A stretch of DNA of 64,000 bases from the NCBI GenBank assembly GCA_951406725.2, contig OX597816.1, positions 141,918,001-141,982,000 of the forward strand, read 5' to 3'. The DNA comes from Octopus vulgaris. Lineage: Eukaryota. The translations under genes and the position numbers were made by a program. The notes below the pieces were generated by a model. It saw only the letters and a program-made list of their open reading frames with translations. It did not search any database and had not been told where the DNA came from. Position 1 is the first letter of the stretch; the number at the start of each line of letters is the position of its first letter. Below are positions 13,503 through 26,660 of the stretch, one piece after another.

Positions 13503-13721
13503 TATGGAACAATATATGATATATATATATATATATATATATTATGGTTTGCTGCTACTGGGATGCAAGCTGGAACTTGATCAACATTAGTTGGTTCAAC
13601 TGGGCAAGTGGGTCTTATGTTGAAAGGCCCAAAACCCTCTGGGAACTTACAACATCACTCACAATGCATCTCAGAGCATCTACAACATGTATCTTAAAAC
13701 TGCATGTTATACATACATATA

Positions 13722-13760
<39 letters not shown>

Positions 13761-14795
13761 ATGTACATATGTACACACACACACATGGATATGAGTATAT
13801 ATTATATTATATTATTTTGTTATATTATATTATATTACATTACATTACATTATATTATACTACATGACAATAAACTGCAGTATCAGAGCATAACAGAAGC
13901 ATTAAAAAGAACTTCATAATGGCTAAAGAATAACTAATCATTTCCTTTGTACATTCTTGTTTTGATAATAACTTGAAAGCATATCATTCTAAGATTCATT
14001 TTTGAACAAGACTACACATGCACAAACACATTTGCACACATAGATACATGCACACATCAGTATGCTAGTTACATTTTGTTTGTGCTAAAATAGGATTTTT
14101 GACAACCACTAAGAGAACCAGTGAATCAAGGTTTGCTGTCTGCCTCCCACACGTGCAAATGATCTAATCTAATGATAATAGGCCTTCCTAACTCACCAAG
14201 CCAAATTTTATTCCAGGCTGTAGATTATTTTCTTCATATGTTCTATCCACTACAATGATATAACATTATCTGAAAATTTGCAACCAATTGATTCAAGTTG
14301 GAAAGATGTACCATGATTTCACATGATAAATGGGAAAATGTTTCTGATAAAGGTTAGCGTTTTTTTTTAAGTGAAATGAAGATCAGCTTTGTGCTATGTC
14401 TACTACAAGCATAAACATATCTGTACTCTAGCTGAGACAGGCAACAAGAAATATTTCAAACCTGACATAAAATTACACAAGCAATGCCAATTTCATGTTA
14501 AAACATGAAGCGTTACTATAATTTTGTTTATCATTATAAGTGCAGGCATGGCTGTGCTATAAGAAGTTTGCAGCCCAACTGCATGGTTCTGGGCTCAGTC
14601 CCATTATGTGGCACATTGGACATGTGTCTTCTACTATAGCCTTAGCCTTGGCCAACCAATTCAACCAAATTCACCTTGTAAGTGAATTTGATAGAAAGAA
14701 ACTGAAAGAAGATCATAGTATATATATATATATATTTCATTTTTTGATTTGGTTTGCAAGATTCTTTATGTGAGTTCGTGTATTGAAGCATATTC

Positions 14796-15045
14796 TGTTG
14801 TCTGGGGAGAGTCACTTTCTTTTTGTGCCTTATAATTTAACACACGCACCAGTAAAATATCCACTTATTTCTTATTTTTATTTTCCAAAAATGTTTGTTG
14901 CGCCTTGCAACCTTTGTGATATTGAAAAGGTTGCAAGACACACTGAAAATTTTAGGAAAATAAAAATAAGAAAAAGGTGTAAATTTTACTGGTGAGTGTG
15001 TTAAATTATAAGACACAAAAAGAAAATGACTCTCCCCAGAAACAA
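14796..15045. repeat. Fold-back inverted repeat, arms about 120 bp, 10-nt spacer
   Basis: TCTGGGGAGAGTCA...TTGCAACCTTT (14801-14915) is mirrored by AAAGGTTGCAAG...TGACTCTCCCCAGA (14926-15040). Flanked by (TA)n. Confidence 0.9.
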
Positions 15046-15059
15046 TAGTATATATATAT

Positions 15060-16118
15060 ATCATCATCATCATCATCATCATCATCATTTAACATCCACT
15101 TTCCATGCTGGCATGGGTTGGACGGTTTGACTGAGGGCTGGTGAGCCACAATGCTGCACTAGGCTCTAATCCAATCTGGCAATGTTTCTACTGCTCGATG
15201 CCCTTCCTAACGCCAACCACTCTGAGAGTGTAGCGGGTGCTTTTTACGTACCACTGGCACGAGGGCCAATTGGGTAGTAGTGATATTAGCCACGTTTGGA
15301 AGGTGCTTTTTACATGCGATCAGCATGGGAGTCAGTCAGGTGACACTGGCAATGACCACACTTGAATGGTGCTTTTTATGTGCCACTGGCACAGGAACAG
15401 TCAGCTGGCACTGGCATCGACCATGCTTGAATGGTGTTTTTTACATGCCACTGGCATGGGAGCCAGTGAGGCAGCACTGGCATCAACCACGCTCAAATGG
15501 TGCTTTTTACATGCCACCAGCAATGGGTATCAATCAGGTGGTACTGTCATCAGTCACGATAACAACTTCACTTGCCTCAATAGGTCTTTGCAAGTGCAGT
15601 TTATTGCCCAATGATTGAAGGGTACTCTTAAATGGGCTGGTTATGCTGCACTGGCATAAACCATGATTACAGTCTGGCTTGGCTTGCCAGGTCTTCTCAA
15701 GCACAGCATATCTCCAAAGGTCTTAGTCACTTGTCATTGCCTCGGTGAGACCCAACGTTCAAAGGTCATGTTTCAACACATCATCTCAGGTCTTCCTGAG
15801 TTGACCTCTTCTACAGGTTCCCTCTATTGCTTGGGTGTAACCCTTTTTCACACAGCTGTCCTCATCCATTCACAACACATGACCATACCAGCGCAGTTGT
15901 CTCTCTTGCACACCACATCTAATGCTTCTTATGTCCAATTTTTCTCTCAGGGTGCTTACAATTTGTTGTGTATGCACACTGACATTACACATCCAGCAGA
16001 GCATAGTAGCTTCATTCCTTGCAATCTTACGCATGCCCTCAGCAATCTTGGCCCATGTTTCACTGCCATGTAGCATGGCTGTTCGCACACATGTGTCATT
16101 CAGTCTACCTTTATTCTG
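15060..16118 (-). mobile_element. RTE-clade LINE 3' portion with tandem-repeat 3' UTR and (GAT)n tail
   Basis: 'CVRTAMLHGSETWA...MLCWMCNVS...LREKLDIRSIRCGVQERQLRWYGHV' (ORF 15870..16166). UTR motif GGCGTTAGGAAGGGCATC. Truncated relatives at about 1255-1575, 6830-7060, 18375-18568(+), 22870-23070, 23385-23712, 36200-36510, 47345-47522, 50010-50200(+), 57405-57853(+) and 62910-63385. Confidence 0.9.
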
Positions 16119-16196
16119 AGGTATATATGTGTATATATACACACACACATACACACACACATACATATATATGTATGTATAGTTAAAATCTTTTTC

Positions 16197-16322
16197 TATC
16201 CTGATGACAAAAGCTCAGTTTATCCAATGCTTATTTGCTGTCATTGCTGGCTGTGTATTTTGGTGAACTACATTTACCAACATTATAATGGATCTCTGAG
16301 CCCCCAGAAACAGCTGTTGGAC
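16197..16322 (+). ncRNA. Hammerhead motif with about 100-nt branched stem II
   Basis: CTGATGA (16201) ... GAAA CAGCTG TT (16307-16318). Intervening pairings are GCTCAG/CTGAGC, ATCCA/TGGAT and TTGGTGAA/TTTACCAA. Stem I is weak. Confidence 0.65.
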
Positions 16323-17142
16323 TTGTAACATTACCCCCACCCTCTTTTTAATTTTCTCTATTGTCTGTGTGTTTGTGTGTGTGTGTGCCCTAGTGCTCGT
16401 GTTTGACCCCCACCATTACTTGACAATTGATGTTGGTGTGCTTACATCCCTGTAACTTAATGGTTTGGCAAAGAGGCCAAATAGAATAAGTATCAGACTT
16501 TAAAAGGAAATAAGCACCTGGGATAGATTCATTCAACTAAAATCCTTCGAAGTGGTGCCCCAGTATGGCTACAGTCTAATGACTGAAGTGAGTAAAAGCT
16601 AAAAGATATTAGGAAAGTGGCGGTTAACACAATTGGTAAAGCAGCAGACAAAACGTTTTGTAGTATTTAATTGTATCCTCTCATGTTCAAATTCACTGAG
16701 GTCAATTTGGCTTGTCATCATTTCAGAGTCAATAAAATAAATAACATTCAAGTTCTGAGCTGATTTAAGTAAGTGTGCATTCATCCAGACTTTGAAGCCA
16801 TTTAATTATGTTAGAAATCATTGTTATTTTTATAGGGTAGCGAAGGGGCAACAATTGTAAAAGTGCACTTTGAGTGCCTTATAGCATTTTTGTTTTTATT
16901 TCCATGAATTAAGATCAAAAACAGGCTTTGCCTTTCATTCCCACAAGGGTCAGCCATGTATTAAGGTCACTTCAATTGATCATATTCCTCTGCAATGTAG
17001 TGGAACTGCACCAAAATTAAAAATTATCGGAAGTTCTACTTGATATAGTGTAGTCAGTACAAGCAATGGACAGACAAAGGTTGACTGACAGAGAACTTCA
17101 GATGTAATAGATGTTTATCTATATGAAACATTTATATAATGG

Positions 17143-17185
<43 letters not shown>

Positions 17186-17190
17186 CGTGT

Positions 17191-17222
<32 letters not shown>

Positions 17223-17948
17223 GTATATATGTATATATATATGTATATATATATGTGTGTGTGTGTGTGTGTATTTATATATTTTATGATTTCACTTAGG
17301 CATAGTGATTACTAATAACCAGTTGTTAGAACTCAATATACATATGCTCTATAATAAAGTGTTAGATGAGTACAGAACATATTATTGAATGACAGGGGGA
17401 AAAGAATTACATAATTTCTGTTCTCTAGTCAGTCAATAATTAATGTTGTGTGCGCACACACACACGTACACACACACGCGCGCGCGATCGTATGCATGCA
17501 CTCTTGCATGCACATAAACACATATATGGATGTGTATGTGTGTCCACAATGCATATAAACATACACACAGGCACATATGCACATATGCACACACACATAT
17601 ACAATATATATATACACACAGATATGTACTTATATTGTATATATGTGCAATGTGTGTTAGTATCTGTGTGTGAGTATGCATATATATGTGTGTCTGTGTA
17701 TGTGTATGTATGTATGTATGTATGTATGTATGTATGTATGTATGTATGTATGTATGTATGTATGTATGTATGTACACATATGTATATATATTTGTACATA
17801 CATTCATTCATACATATATTTTTATTCACACACATACATACAAACATACATGCATACATACATATATACAACATACATACATACATACATGCATGCATGC
17901 ATACATCCATCCATCCATCCACCCATCCATCCATCCATACATACATAC

Positions 17949-17998
<50 letters not shown>

Positions 17999-19399
17999 TG
18001 AACATGTGAGTTATACACATGCACTTTATTCTCCTAGCTCTCCTTATCTTTATCCTCCAATCTTTGTCCTCTTCTTTGGACTTTTCTCCAAATATTTGAT
18101 AAGTGTCCAAACATTCTACATTTACTGCATAAGTTTCTTTTTATAACTCATTTTCTTTCTTTGAGCTTCAGCCTAATAATATTAACTATGAATGTCTTCA
18201 ACTTTTGATGTTTTTTATAAATGACATTGTTTTTTGTAACTGATTGGCACTCTCTCTCTCTTTCTCTCCCTCCCTATCTCTCCCTCTCTCTCTTTCTCTT
18301 TATATGTGTATGTATGTATATGTGTATTTGTATGTATATATATGTGTATCCATGTAAATATATATGTATATATTGTGCAGGTGGCACGTAAAAAGCACCC
18401 ACTACACTCACGGAGTGGTTGGCGTTAGGAAGGGCATCCAGCTGTAGAAACATTGCCAAATTTAGACTGGAGCCTGGTGCAGCCTTCTGGCTTCCCAGAA
18501 CCCCGGTTGAACCGTCCAACCCATGCTAGCATGGAGAACGGACGTTAAACGACGATGATGATGATGATATACATATATATATATATATATATAAGCACAC
18601 ACACATTTATATGTATATATGTAAGAGAAAAAAATCAATCAGGAAGGAACTCTATCTCACTCAAAATATCTTTTGATAAGCATAACAAATGTGCAACCGG
18701 TAAACTCTTACTTTTTTTTTATTCTACACTGAAATCTGACATTGAACTTTTCCACAAAAAACTGTATATTACACGCTTTTACTAAATATCTTATTCTGAA
18801 ACAGAACACTGTAAAAGACTTTTACTTTTTTTCTTATACACTGAAATCATTCACAAAAAATGAACATTGTATTCTAACCCAATTTTTCTCTTTTTTTGTT
18901 TAAAAAAAGAACTTTCACCTAATTAAATACACTCTCCCTTACTTAAATTATTTTGTCAGCATTTTCTTCATTTCCTTTTTATATATATATTTATATATAT
19001 ATATATATATAGGGAGAGTTTACGAAAAACTATATATATATATATATATACACATACATACACACATATACACATGCCCACGTACACATACCCACATGCT
19101 CACACACACACACACACACATATATATACCTATGTTCTACAATACCACTGTATGGCTCCTTGGAAAAGTATCTTTTACTTCAGACTCAGGTTCCCCAAAG
19201 TCATGTGAGTGTATTTGGTGGACAGAAATTGAAAGAAGCTTGTATGTATGTATGTATGTATGTATGTATGTATGTATGTATGCATGCATGCATGCATGCA
19301 TGCATGTATGCATGTATGTATGTATGCATGCATGCATGTATGTATGTATGTATGTATGTATGTATGTATGTATGTCTCTTCTGTTTTTTAATTATTATA

Positions 19400-20610
19400 A
19401 ATCTTCCACTGAGGAGGGAGATGGTTTCCAACAAAGATACTAGGCTCCATCTTTGGGATGTAGTTAACACAGACAAATTCACATTTGGAACTTGAGAAAA
19501 GTCTTGCATTCTTTTACTGTTCCATTCACAGATTGCACTTGTAATGTACGAATCAACCAGTCAATTTCTCTTTCTGAAAATCCCAGTTTATCCAGATTCT
19601 CCTTTAAGCATTTACTAACAAAACCTAGTGTTCCAATTATTATTGGTATGAATATAAATTCATAGTCTGGATATAGAAGCTGGAGGTTTCAAAGCAGTTG
19701 TCCATAAGTATCCTCTTTTTCTTTGATTTTCAAAGGGATATTTATATCTGCAGGGCAGCTGACCCCTATGATGGTACATACCTTTGTCCCTTTGTCCCAA
19801 AAAAATAATATCCGGCCTGTTATGTTTACATTTGACAGAAGTTTTGATCAGAATATTCCATCAGTATTCCTTGAGTTGGTGTTTACGAATGTATTCCATA
19901 ACAGTGGGATATTCTAAATTTATTTTAGGACTGTCTTTTTTTGCAGATGACATTGTAAATTGTTTTAGCGACAACATTGTGCAACGTAGGGATGTTGTAC
20001 CATGATGATATTTTAGACAGCTACTAATCATTTGCATATCTTCCACAGAAACATGACATAGCCTACACATGCAGTTGCACCTTGGGATTACTGTTTCTCT
20101 TGTTCACCAGGTACTTTGTGGTAATCTCCTGTTATTGGATTGCAAATGAATAGCCTTCAAAGTGTGATGTGATGTACCAGTCTTGAGTCCAAGAGAGGCT
20201 GCACTTCATGTCAATTCTACTGTCTCCTTCAAGCTTCCGGGCAACATACCCATGCATGGTCTTTATTTTTATGCTGAATGCTTTCCATCCAGGTCTTCTC
20301 TGAGGTAAGAGAGCCCAGCTGTTTTGGGGGCTATATAGGAGATCATCAGGAAGAGAGTCTTTCTTGAGGAGTTCACTGCCAACTCATACAATGTTGCTCA
20401 CTTCCCTTTTCAGCACTGCATTAATATATATATTTTTTTGCTGTTGTTTAGTAGGTGCTACCTGAGTGATATACAGCATTCAAAGGCTGTCTGCACTGAT
20501 CTCAGGCCTCTATCACCTTTATTTGTTCTTAGGTAGAGCCTGTCAACATCTGTTTCTGTGGAAGCTCCGAGTTGTTGTTGGAAGTTCCTAGTTGCATGTT
20601 TTGATAACTA
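19400..20610 (-). mobile_element. R4/Dong-type LINE fragment (CCHC knuckle and RLE), degraded
   Basis: 'CRLCHVSVED..HI.S.C' knuckle and 'LQLLYPDYEFIFIPIIIGTLGFV...TLQVQSV..CKTF'. Confidence 0.8.
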
Positions 20611-20699
20611 TGGCTAATAAAGAAAGATATCTATCTGTCTATCTATCTATCAATCTGTCTGTCTGTCTGTCTGACTAGCTATCTATCCATCTCTCAATC

Positions 20700-20730
<31 letters not shown>

Positions 20731-20797
20731 CTATCTATCTGTATCATCATCATCATATATATATATATATAAAAACACGCACACACACACACACACA

Positions 20798-20838
<41 letters not shown>

Positions 20839-21159
20839 TTGTGTTTGTGCTCACTGAATTGACATCATGCAATAGTTTTGAATTTGTGTTACCATAATAG
20901 AAATGGTGCAATTTGTGTTCAATCTTCTGTGTAAACATGTCTAACCATAAGGAAATATTACCATATGTGGGATTATGTGTGAGTTTTTAACATGCAAGGT
21001 GTTAGGCTGTACAAAAAGCTGGTTTGAAAAATTACATCTGACTCATGCAAACATGGAAAAGTGAATGTTAAAATTATGATAATGTCCATATATATGTATA
21101 TATACATTGTAGATATATGCATATATATTTCTGAGTGTGTGTGTGTGTATCTTATATCT

Positions 21160-21570
21160 TTTATCTTTTACTTGTTTCAGTCATTAGACTGCAGCCATGC
21201 TGGGGCATCACCTTGAAGAATTTTCAGTAGAATATATTGACCCCAGTACATAATCTTTAGGGCCTGGTACCTACACTGCTGGTTTCTTTTGCCAAACCGC
21301 TAAGTTACTGGGACACAAATACACCAGCACCAGTTGTCAAGTAGTGGTGGGGGTGAGGTCAAATGCACACACACACACACACACACCACACATAAATAGA
21401 TCTATACATATATATGACAGGCTTCTTTCAGTTTCTCTCTACCAATCCACTCACAAGACTGTGGATGGTCTGAGGCTATAGTAGAAGACATCTGCACAAG
21501 ATGCCATGCAGTGGGGCTGAACCCAAACCATGTGGTTAGGAAGCAAGCTTCTTACTACACAGCCACACCT
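21160..21570 (-). mobile_element. tRNA-derived CORE-type SINE (octopus OR-like)
   Basis: Same family as the SINE at 26661-28246, with internal CA/TA microsatellite and AAAAGAT tail. Other partial copies at about 4265, 7165, 14540, 16370, 22680, 29570, 32340, 60370 and 63700. Confidence 0.8.
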
Positions 21571-21913
21571 AAAATGCAAAGGAATAGGGATTTTAAATCT
21601 GGGCAGATAACTTAGGTGGCTCATTACATCAAATGACAGGAAACATTTAGAATCATTTAGAATAGACAGTTAAACTGTACTCTTTTTGAAAGGCAAATCC
21701 TGAGTTTGCTTCAATGAATTTCAAGTAGAGTACAGGGTATATTATCAAGACATAACAATGAGTAAAGGAGAGTTATATGTCTTTGAAATTTATTTATTAA
21801 AAAGCATTTTCTTCATATTACGTACACTCTAAAATGTGTTTCTGCTGAAGTGTCATTGGGTCCTTAATGAATAAATATAAATTTTAGATGCATAACTTTT
21901 TATTCTCCATTAT

Positions 21914-21944
<31 letters not shown>

Positions 21945-21953
21945 TCTTTGTCT

Positions 21954-21993
<40 letters not shown>

Positions 21994-22028
21994 TGTGTGT
22001 ACATATGTATGTGTGTGTGTATATATGT

Positions 22029-22083
<55 letters not shown>

Positions 22084-22160
22084 GCATATGTATATACATG
22101 CAGGCATTATGTATATATGTGTATATATATATATATATAGATAGATAGATATAGATATGT

Positions 22161-22213
<53 letters not shown>

Positions 22214-23117
22214 CATACATATATATCATACGTATGTATGCCTGTGTCTATATGTATTTTTAAATACTTATTTAATAAAAATATCTAATTATGAGATGTT
22301 GCTTAATTGTATATTATTAAATTGTAATTATTTGTATCTAGCATTCAGAGAAAATTAGAAATAATTCATTAATTATGTATGAAAGGTACAATTATAAAAC
22401 CTTTTTCAACTTTATGTATCCAACACTACCAAATATAGACTAAGTTGAATCAATCAATTCAAACTCGTTATGTCAATTATGTAGCTAGTAAAATGTACCT
22501 CCAAGGTTACTTTTCGGATGTTAAACATACATTCAGTAAAGTTTCAGGGTCTGGTATATGTAAACTTTTGATTAACAGAGTTTATCCATGCAATTAGTAG
22601 GCAAAAACTTCCTCTCGGTGTTTATAATTAAAAATATATTGAACAAATTTTTGTGAAATATTAGGTGTAGAAATGGCTATATGCACAGGTGTGGCTATAG
22701 GTGCAGTGGGGTGTGTTTGGCAAGAAGCTTGCTTCCTAACCACAGTTCTGGGTTCAGTCCCACTGCATGCCACTTTGGGTGAATGTCTTATACTGTAGTC
22801 CTAGGCCAATCAAAGTCTGATGAGTAGATTTGGTAAATGGAAACTGAAAGAATATATATATGTATAATCATCATCATTATCATCATTGTTGTCGTCGTTT
22901 AACGTCAGCTTTCCATGCTGGCATGAGTTGGACAGTTTGACTGAGGACTAACAAGCCAGAAGGCTGTACCAGGCTCCAATCTGATCTGGTAAGGTTTCTT
23001 CAGCTGGATGCCCTTCCTAATGCCAACCAATCCAAGATTGTAGTGGGTGCTTTTTACGTGCCACTGACATTTGATTTTTAACTTTTACCCGTACATAATA
23101 ATATACATAGCTTGAGT

Positions 23118-23190
23118 ATGCACTGGTGAATTTATGTATTAAGTATAACCTTAATACACACCCCACCAGCACAGAAACACGTGTAGTGAT
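23118..23190 (+). ncRNA. Degenerate hammerhead-like motif with long stem II
   Basis: CTGGTG/CACCAG and TGTATTAAG/CTTAATACA stems, followed by GAAA CACGTG TA GTG. The CUGAnGA box is not intact. Confidence 0.4.
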
Positions 23191-23739
23191 TACTTGTACT
23201 ACCTTCTTTCCCCACAGATAAGATATATTTATTCAACTAATTTTATTTTATGTTATTTTAATTATTTTATTTGTTTTAATTTTTTCTATGTATACCATAC
23301 CATGAGGTTATCCTGAAATAGGAGTTGCTTATCTATTAGTAAATATCTCAAATTTGTAATAATAATAATAATAATGATAATAATCATCATCATCATCATC
23401 ATCGTTTAACGTCCGTTCTCCATGCTAGCATGAGTTGGATGGTTCGACCGGGGATCTGGGAAGCCAGAAGGCTGCACCAGGCTCCAGTCTTATCTGGCAA
23501 TGTTTCTACAGCTGGATGCCCTTCCTAACGCCAACCACTCCGTGAGTGTAGTGGGTGCTTTTTACGTGCCACCTGCACAGGTGCCAGGCGAGGCTGGCAA
23601 CGGCCACGGTCGGATTGGTGTATTTTATGTGCCACCGGCACGGAAGCCAGTCGAGGCGGTGCTGGCATCGGCTACGAGTCGGATAGTGCTTTTTACGTAC
23701 CACCAGACCAGGGAAATAATAATAATAATAATCATAATC

Positions 23740-23816
<77 letters not shown>

Positions 23817-23845
23817 CATATATGCATACATATATACATACATGC

Positions 23846-23876
<31 letters not shown>

Positions 23877-24219
23877 CATACATACATGCATATATCTATA
23901 CACACACATGTGTACATGCACACAAACTCACACATACACACACATATATGTAAAGCATTTTAATCTTTTTCTGGTTTCAACCAGAAGCTGAGACCATGCT
24001 GGGGCATTGCCTTTAGTGCAATTGGCATTGTTTCTCATGAAGTAGTAAGTTGGGAAGCTTGAGTCTCCTGCTATGATGTGGGCTCATCCAGTAGCTGAAA
24101 TAAAAGTTTTGTCCAACCTTTCTTTTAAAACCTCCACATCTAGAACTTGCAAATCTGTGAGGTTGCTTGGCAGAATGTTGAAAAGTTGTGGTCCTTTGAA
24201 ACTGGATCCTTATTTTAGA

Positions 24220-24259
<40 letters not shown>

Positions 24260-24263
<4 letters not shown>

Positions 24264-24627
24264 TCATCATCATCATCATCGTTTAGCAGTTACACTTTCA
24301 GCACACCCGCCTCCGCTGCTGACTTGGTCACCTAGGTAACAGAAACTATCAACTATTTCTAGTTTTTCTCCCCGGAAAGTGACGGAAGTTGGTCTCAGAG
24401 CATTTTCAGTGTTTATTGTTCCTGAGCACATACAAAAACCATCTTCCTAGTTAGCCTTCCTTTGACATTGCTGCACCTCTTATGTGTCCATAGCTTACAC
24501 TTGGTGCATCTTATAGAGTTTCTACCTACACCTTTTCTACAGATCGAGCAGGGCCATCTACCTGAAGGCGTTTGTGATTTGTCTACCTTCCTACTGATTA
24601 TAACTTTGGTTTTAGCTAGATTGACTC

Positions 24628-24628
<1 letters not shown>
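24260..24628 (-). mobile_element. RTE LINE fragment with a PHD-like Cys/His domain after RT, fused directly to the 3' tail
   Basis: 'RVNLAKTKV...WPCSICRKGVGRNSIRCTKCKLWTHKRCS...FVC', then 'LEIVDSFCYLGDQVSSGGGCAESV', abutting TAAAC(GAT)n. Confidence 0.85.
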
Positions 24629-24658
<30 letters not shown>

Positions 24659-24816
24659 ATATATATACATACAAATATACATATATACATATATACACAT
24701 ATTATATCTGAAGAGCACATGTATTTGGTAACCATCCAGTTATCTTATATCCAGTGTGAAACTGATCAGTAAGATCAGCTGTAATAGATTTATAATATTG
24801 TATTCTTAGATTAAGA

Positions 24817-24850
<34 letters not shown>

Positions 24851-24884
24851 CATGTTTGCACGTGTAGATATAAATATATATGAA

Positions 24885-25260
24885 CTAGCAGTATTGCCCG
24901 GCGCTGCTTGGGTTTGTTTTGACCCTTCAGAATTGGAACTTTTGCTTTATGTAGCTTGTTATTCCCTTTAAGTGAACATTTTTCTGGTTGAAATACACCG
25001 AAAAATTGCGTCACAGCAGTAAAAAAATCGTAAAAAATAGGGATTTTCATAGAAAAAAAGCACCTTTTTGATGTAAATAATTTTTGGTGTCAACATGGTC
25101 CAATTTGAATTTTTTCTTCAACGGAAGGAAGAGCAAGCCTTCTTCTATCATACTTTCAATTTTGATCAACTTGCACCGCAGGGTCTCGAAGGAGATAGTG
25201 TTAGTTGAAGGCTACCAAACCTGCCATACACAGACAACTTCAGCATTATATAGAGAGAGA
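24885..25260 (-). mobile_element. Short non-autonomous Helitron (376 bp)
   Basis: Minus strand reads A|TCTCTCTCTATATAATG ... CCCAAGCAGCGCCGGGCAATACTGCTAG|T. It has the TC start, subterminal hairpin, CTAG end and A/T target. Confidence 0.88.
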
Positions 25261-25546
25261 TTAGACGAGTACTTAGTATTTAGAACATCATATGTATTCC
25301 TCAATATCCAAATGGAAACTGTGAGGACTTGTATTATAGTCTGAATGTTATTTGATTTGAATCTACAGTTATGTAGGTCACAGAGTACATGCAGTAAGTA
25401 AAAGAAGAGTGTTTGTTTATATAGTACAGTGTTATATGCTCATACATAAATAGAAAGTGTACTGTTTCTTTTTCATTACAGACTGATCTTTACAATGGTG
25501 CTTATGTTGCATTACCCACTAACCTAATCTATCTCTATATTCATAG

Positions 25547-25579
<33 letters not shown>

Positions 25580-25580
25580 T

Positions 25581-25630
<50 letters not shown>

Positions 25631-26660
25631 GGGCATGTGTGTGTGTGTGTGTGCGTGTGAGTGTGCAATTCTACAGATTCTCTCCCACTCATCCATTTTT
25701 TAGATGACATCTGCTTCTCTTACCATCTCTCTTACTATCCATTGCTCACTCTCTCTTGCAATGACATACCTTTTATGCAATTATATCTGCTCCTGCTAGC
25801 TACTAACTCCCAACCACCAACATGCAGGTGTTTTTTTTCTGTTTATTCCATTTCATCCACACACACACCCTCCCTATAATCTATCACTCTTCTGCCATAC
25901 TTACACTTTTGATCATCACTCCTGTTCTATTCACACTCTCAATCCCTGCTTTTAAAAGAAACGAGACTAAATAGACACAGATCTTACAGGGAATCAAGGA
26001 AGCTCTCTAGTGCTAGTACCACAATAAAACACACTCAGTATGCTCTGTAAAATAACTGGTGATTAGACAGAGACAACATAGTGTATAGCAGACTCCTTGA
26101 TCTTGCTGAGGACATGACAACTTCTTTAATGCTAAGGCCTCAATAAAATGTGCCCTACACACAGTTGTAAAGCAACTAGAGTTGAGAAAAACAGCTGGCC
26201 AAAGAAACTGTAGGAGGAGCTATGTTTATTATTTGGCTGTTTAGACTTAAAGAGTGCAAAGTGGTGTATTTCGCCTGTTTTCTACAAAAGGTCATATGGC
26301 CAAACCCGTTCATGCTGATTAGATGCTTTAAGTTATACAATCAGACCGCTTGCCAGACCAGAAAAGCAGAGTACATTTTGAGCCTACCAACAGCTACAAA
26401 TAAAAAATTTCCTCAGAGAGAAGAGGGTGGTCAGCAGAAATCTTTGATACCATGCTTTGTGCTTTTTCCTCACACATTATCATGTACAAGCTGCATGAGG
26501 AAGCATTTTACTTTTGTTAACAGTATTATTCATGTTACACCAGTTTACTGTATCTTCTATTAGCGGAAAAATAAATGTGGCTGCCAATTTTAACCTGTGT
26601 CTTTATATTTCTTGGTGCTCTTCATCATGACTCATTTGAAACTAGAAGATTATAGTAATA

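Noticed and set aside
15235-15560. CRISPR-like repeat/spacer look
   Set aside because: Spacers are homologous to each other, the context is a eukaryotic LINE 3' UTR, and there are no cas genes.
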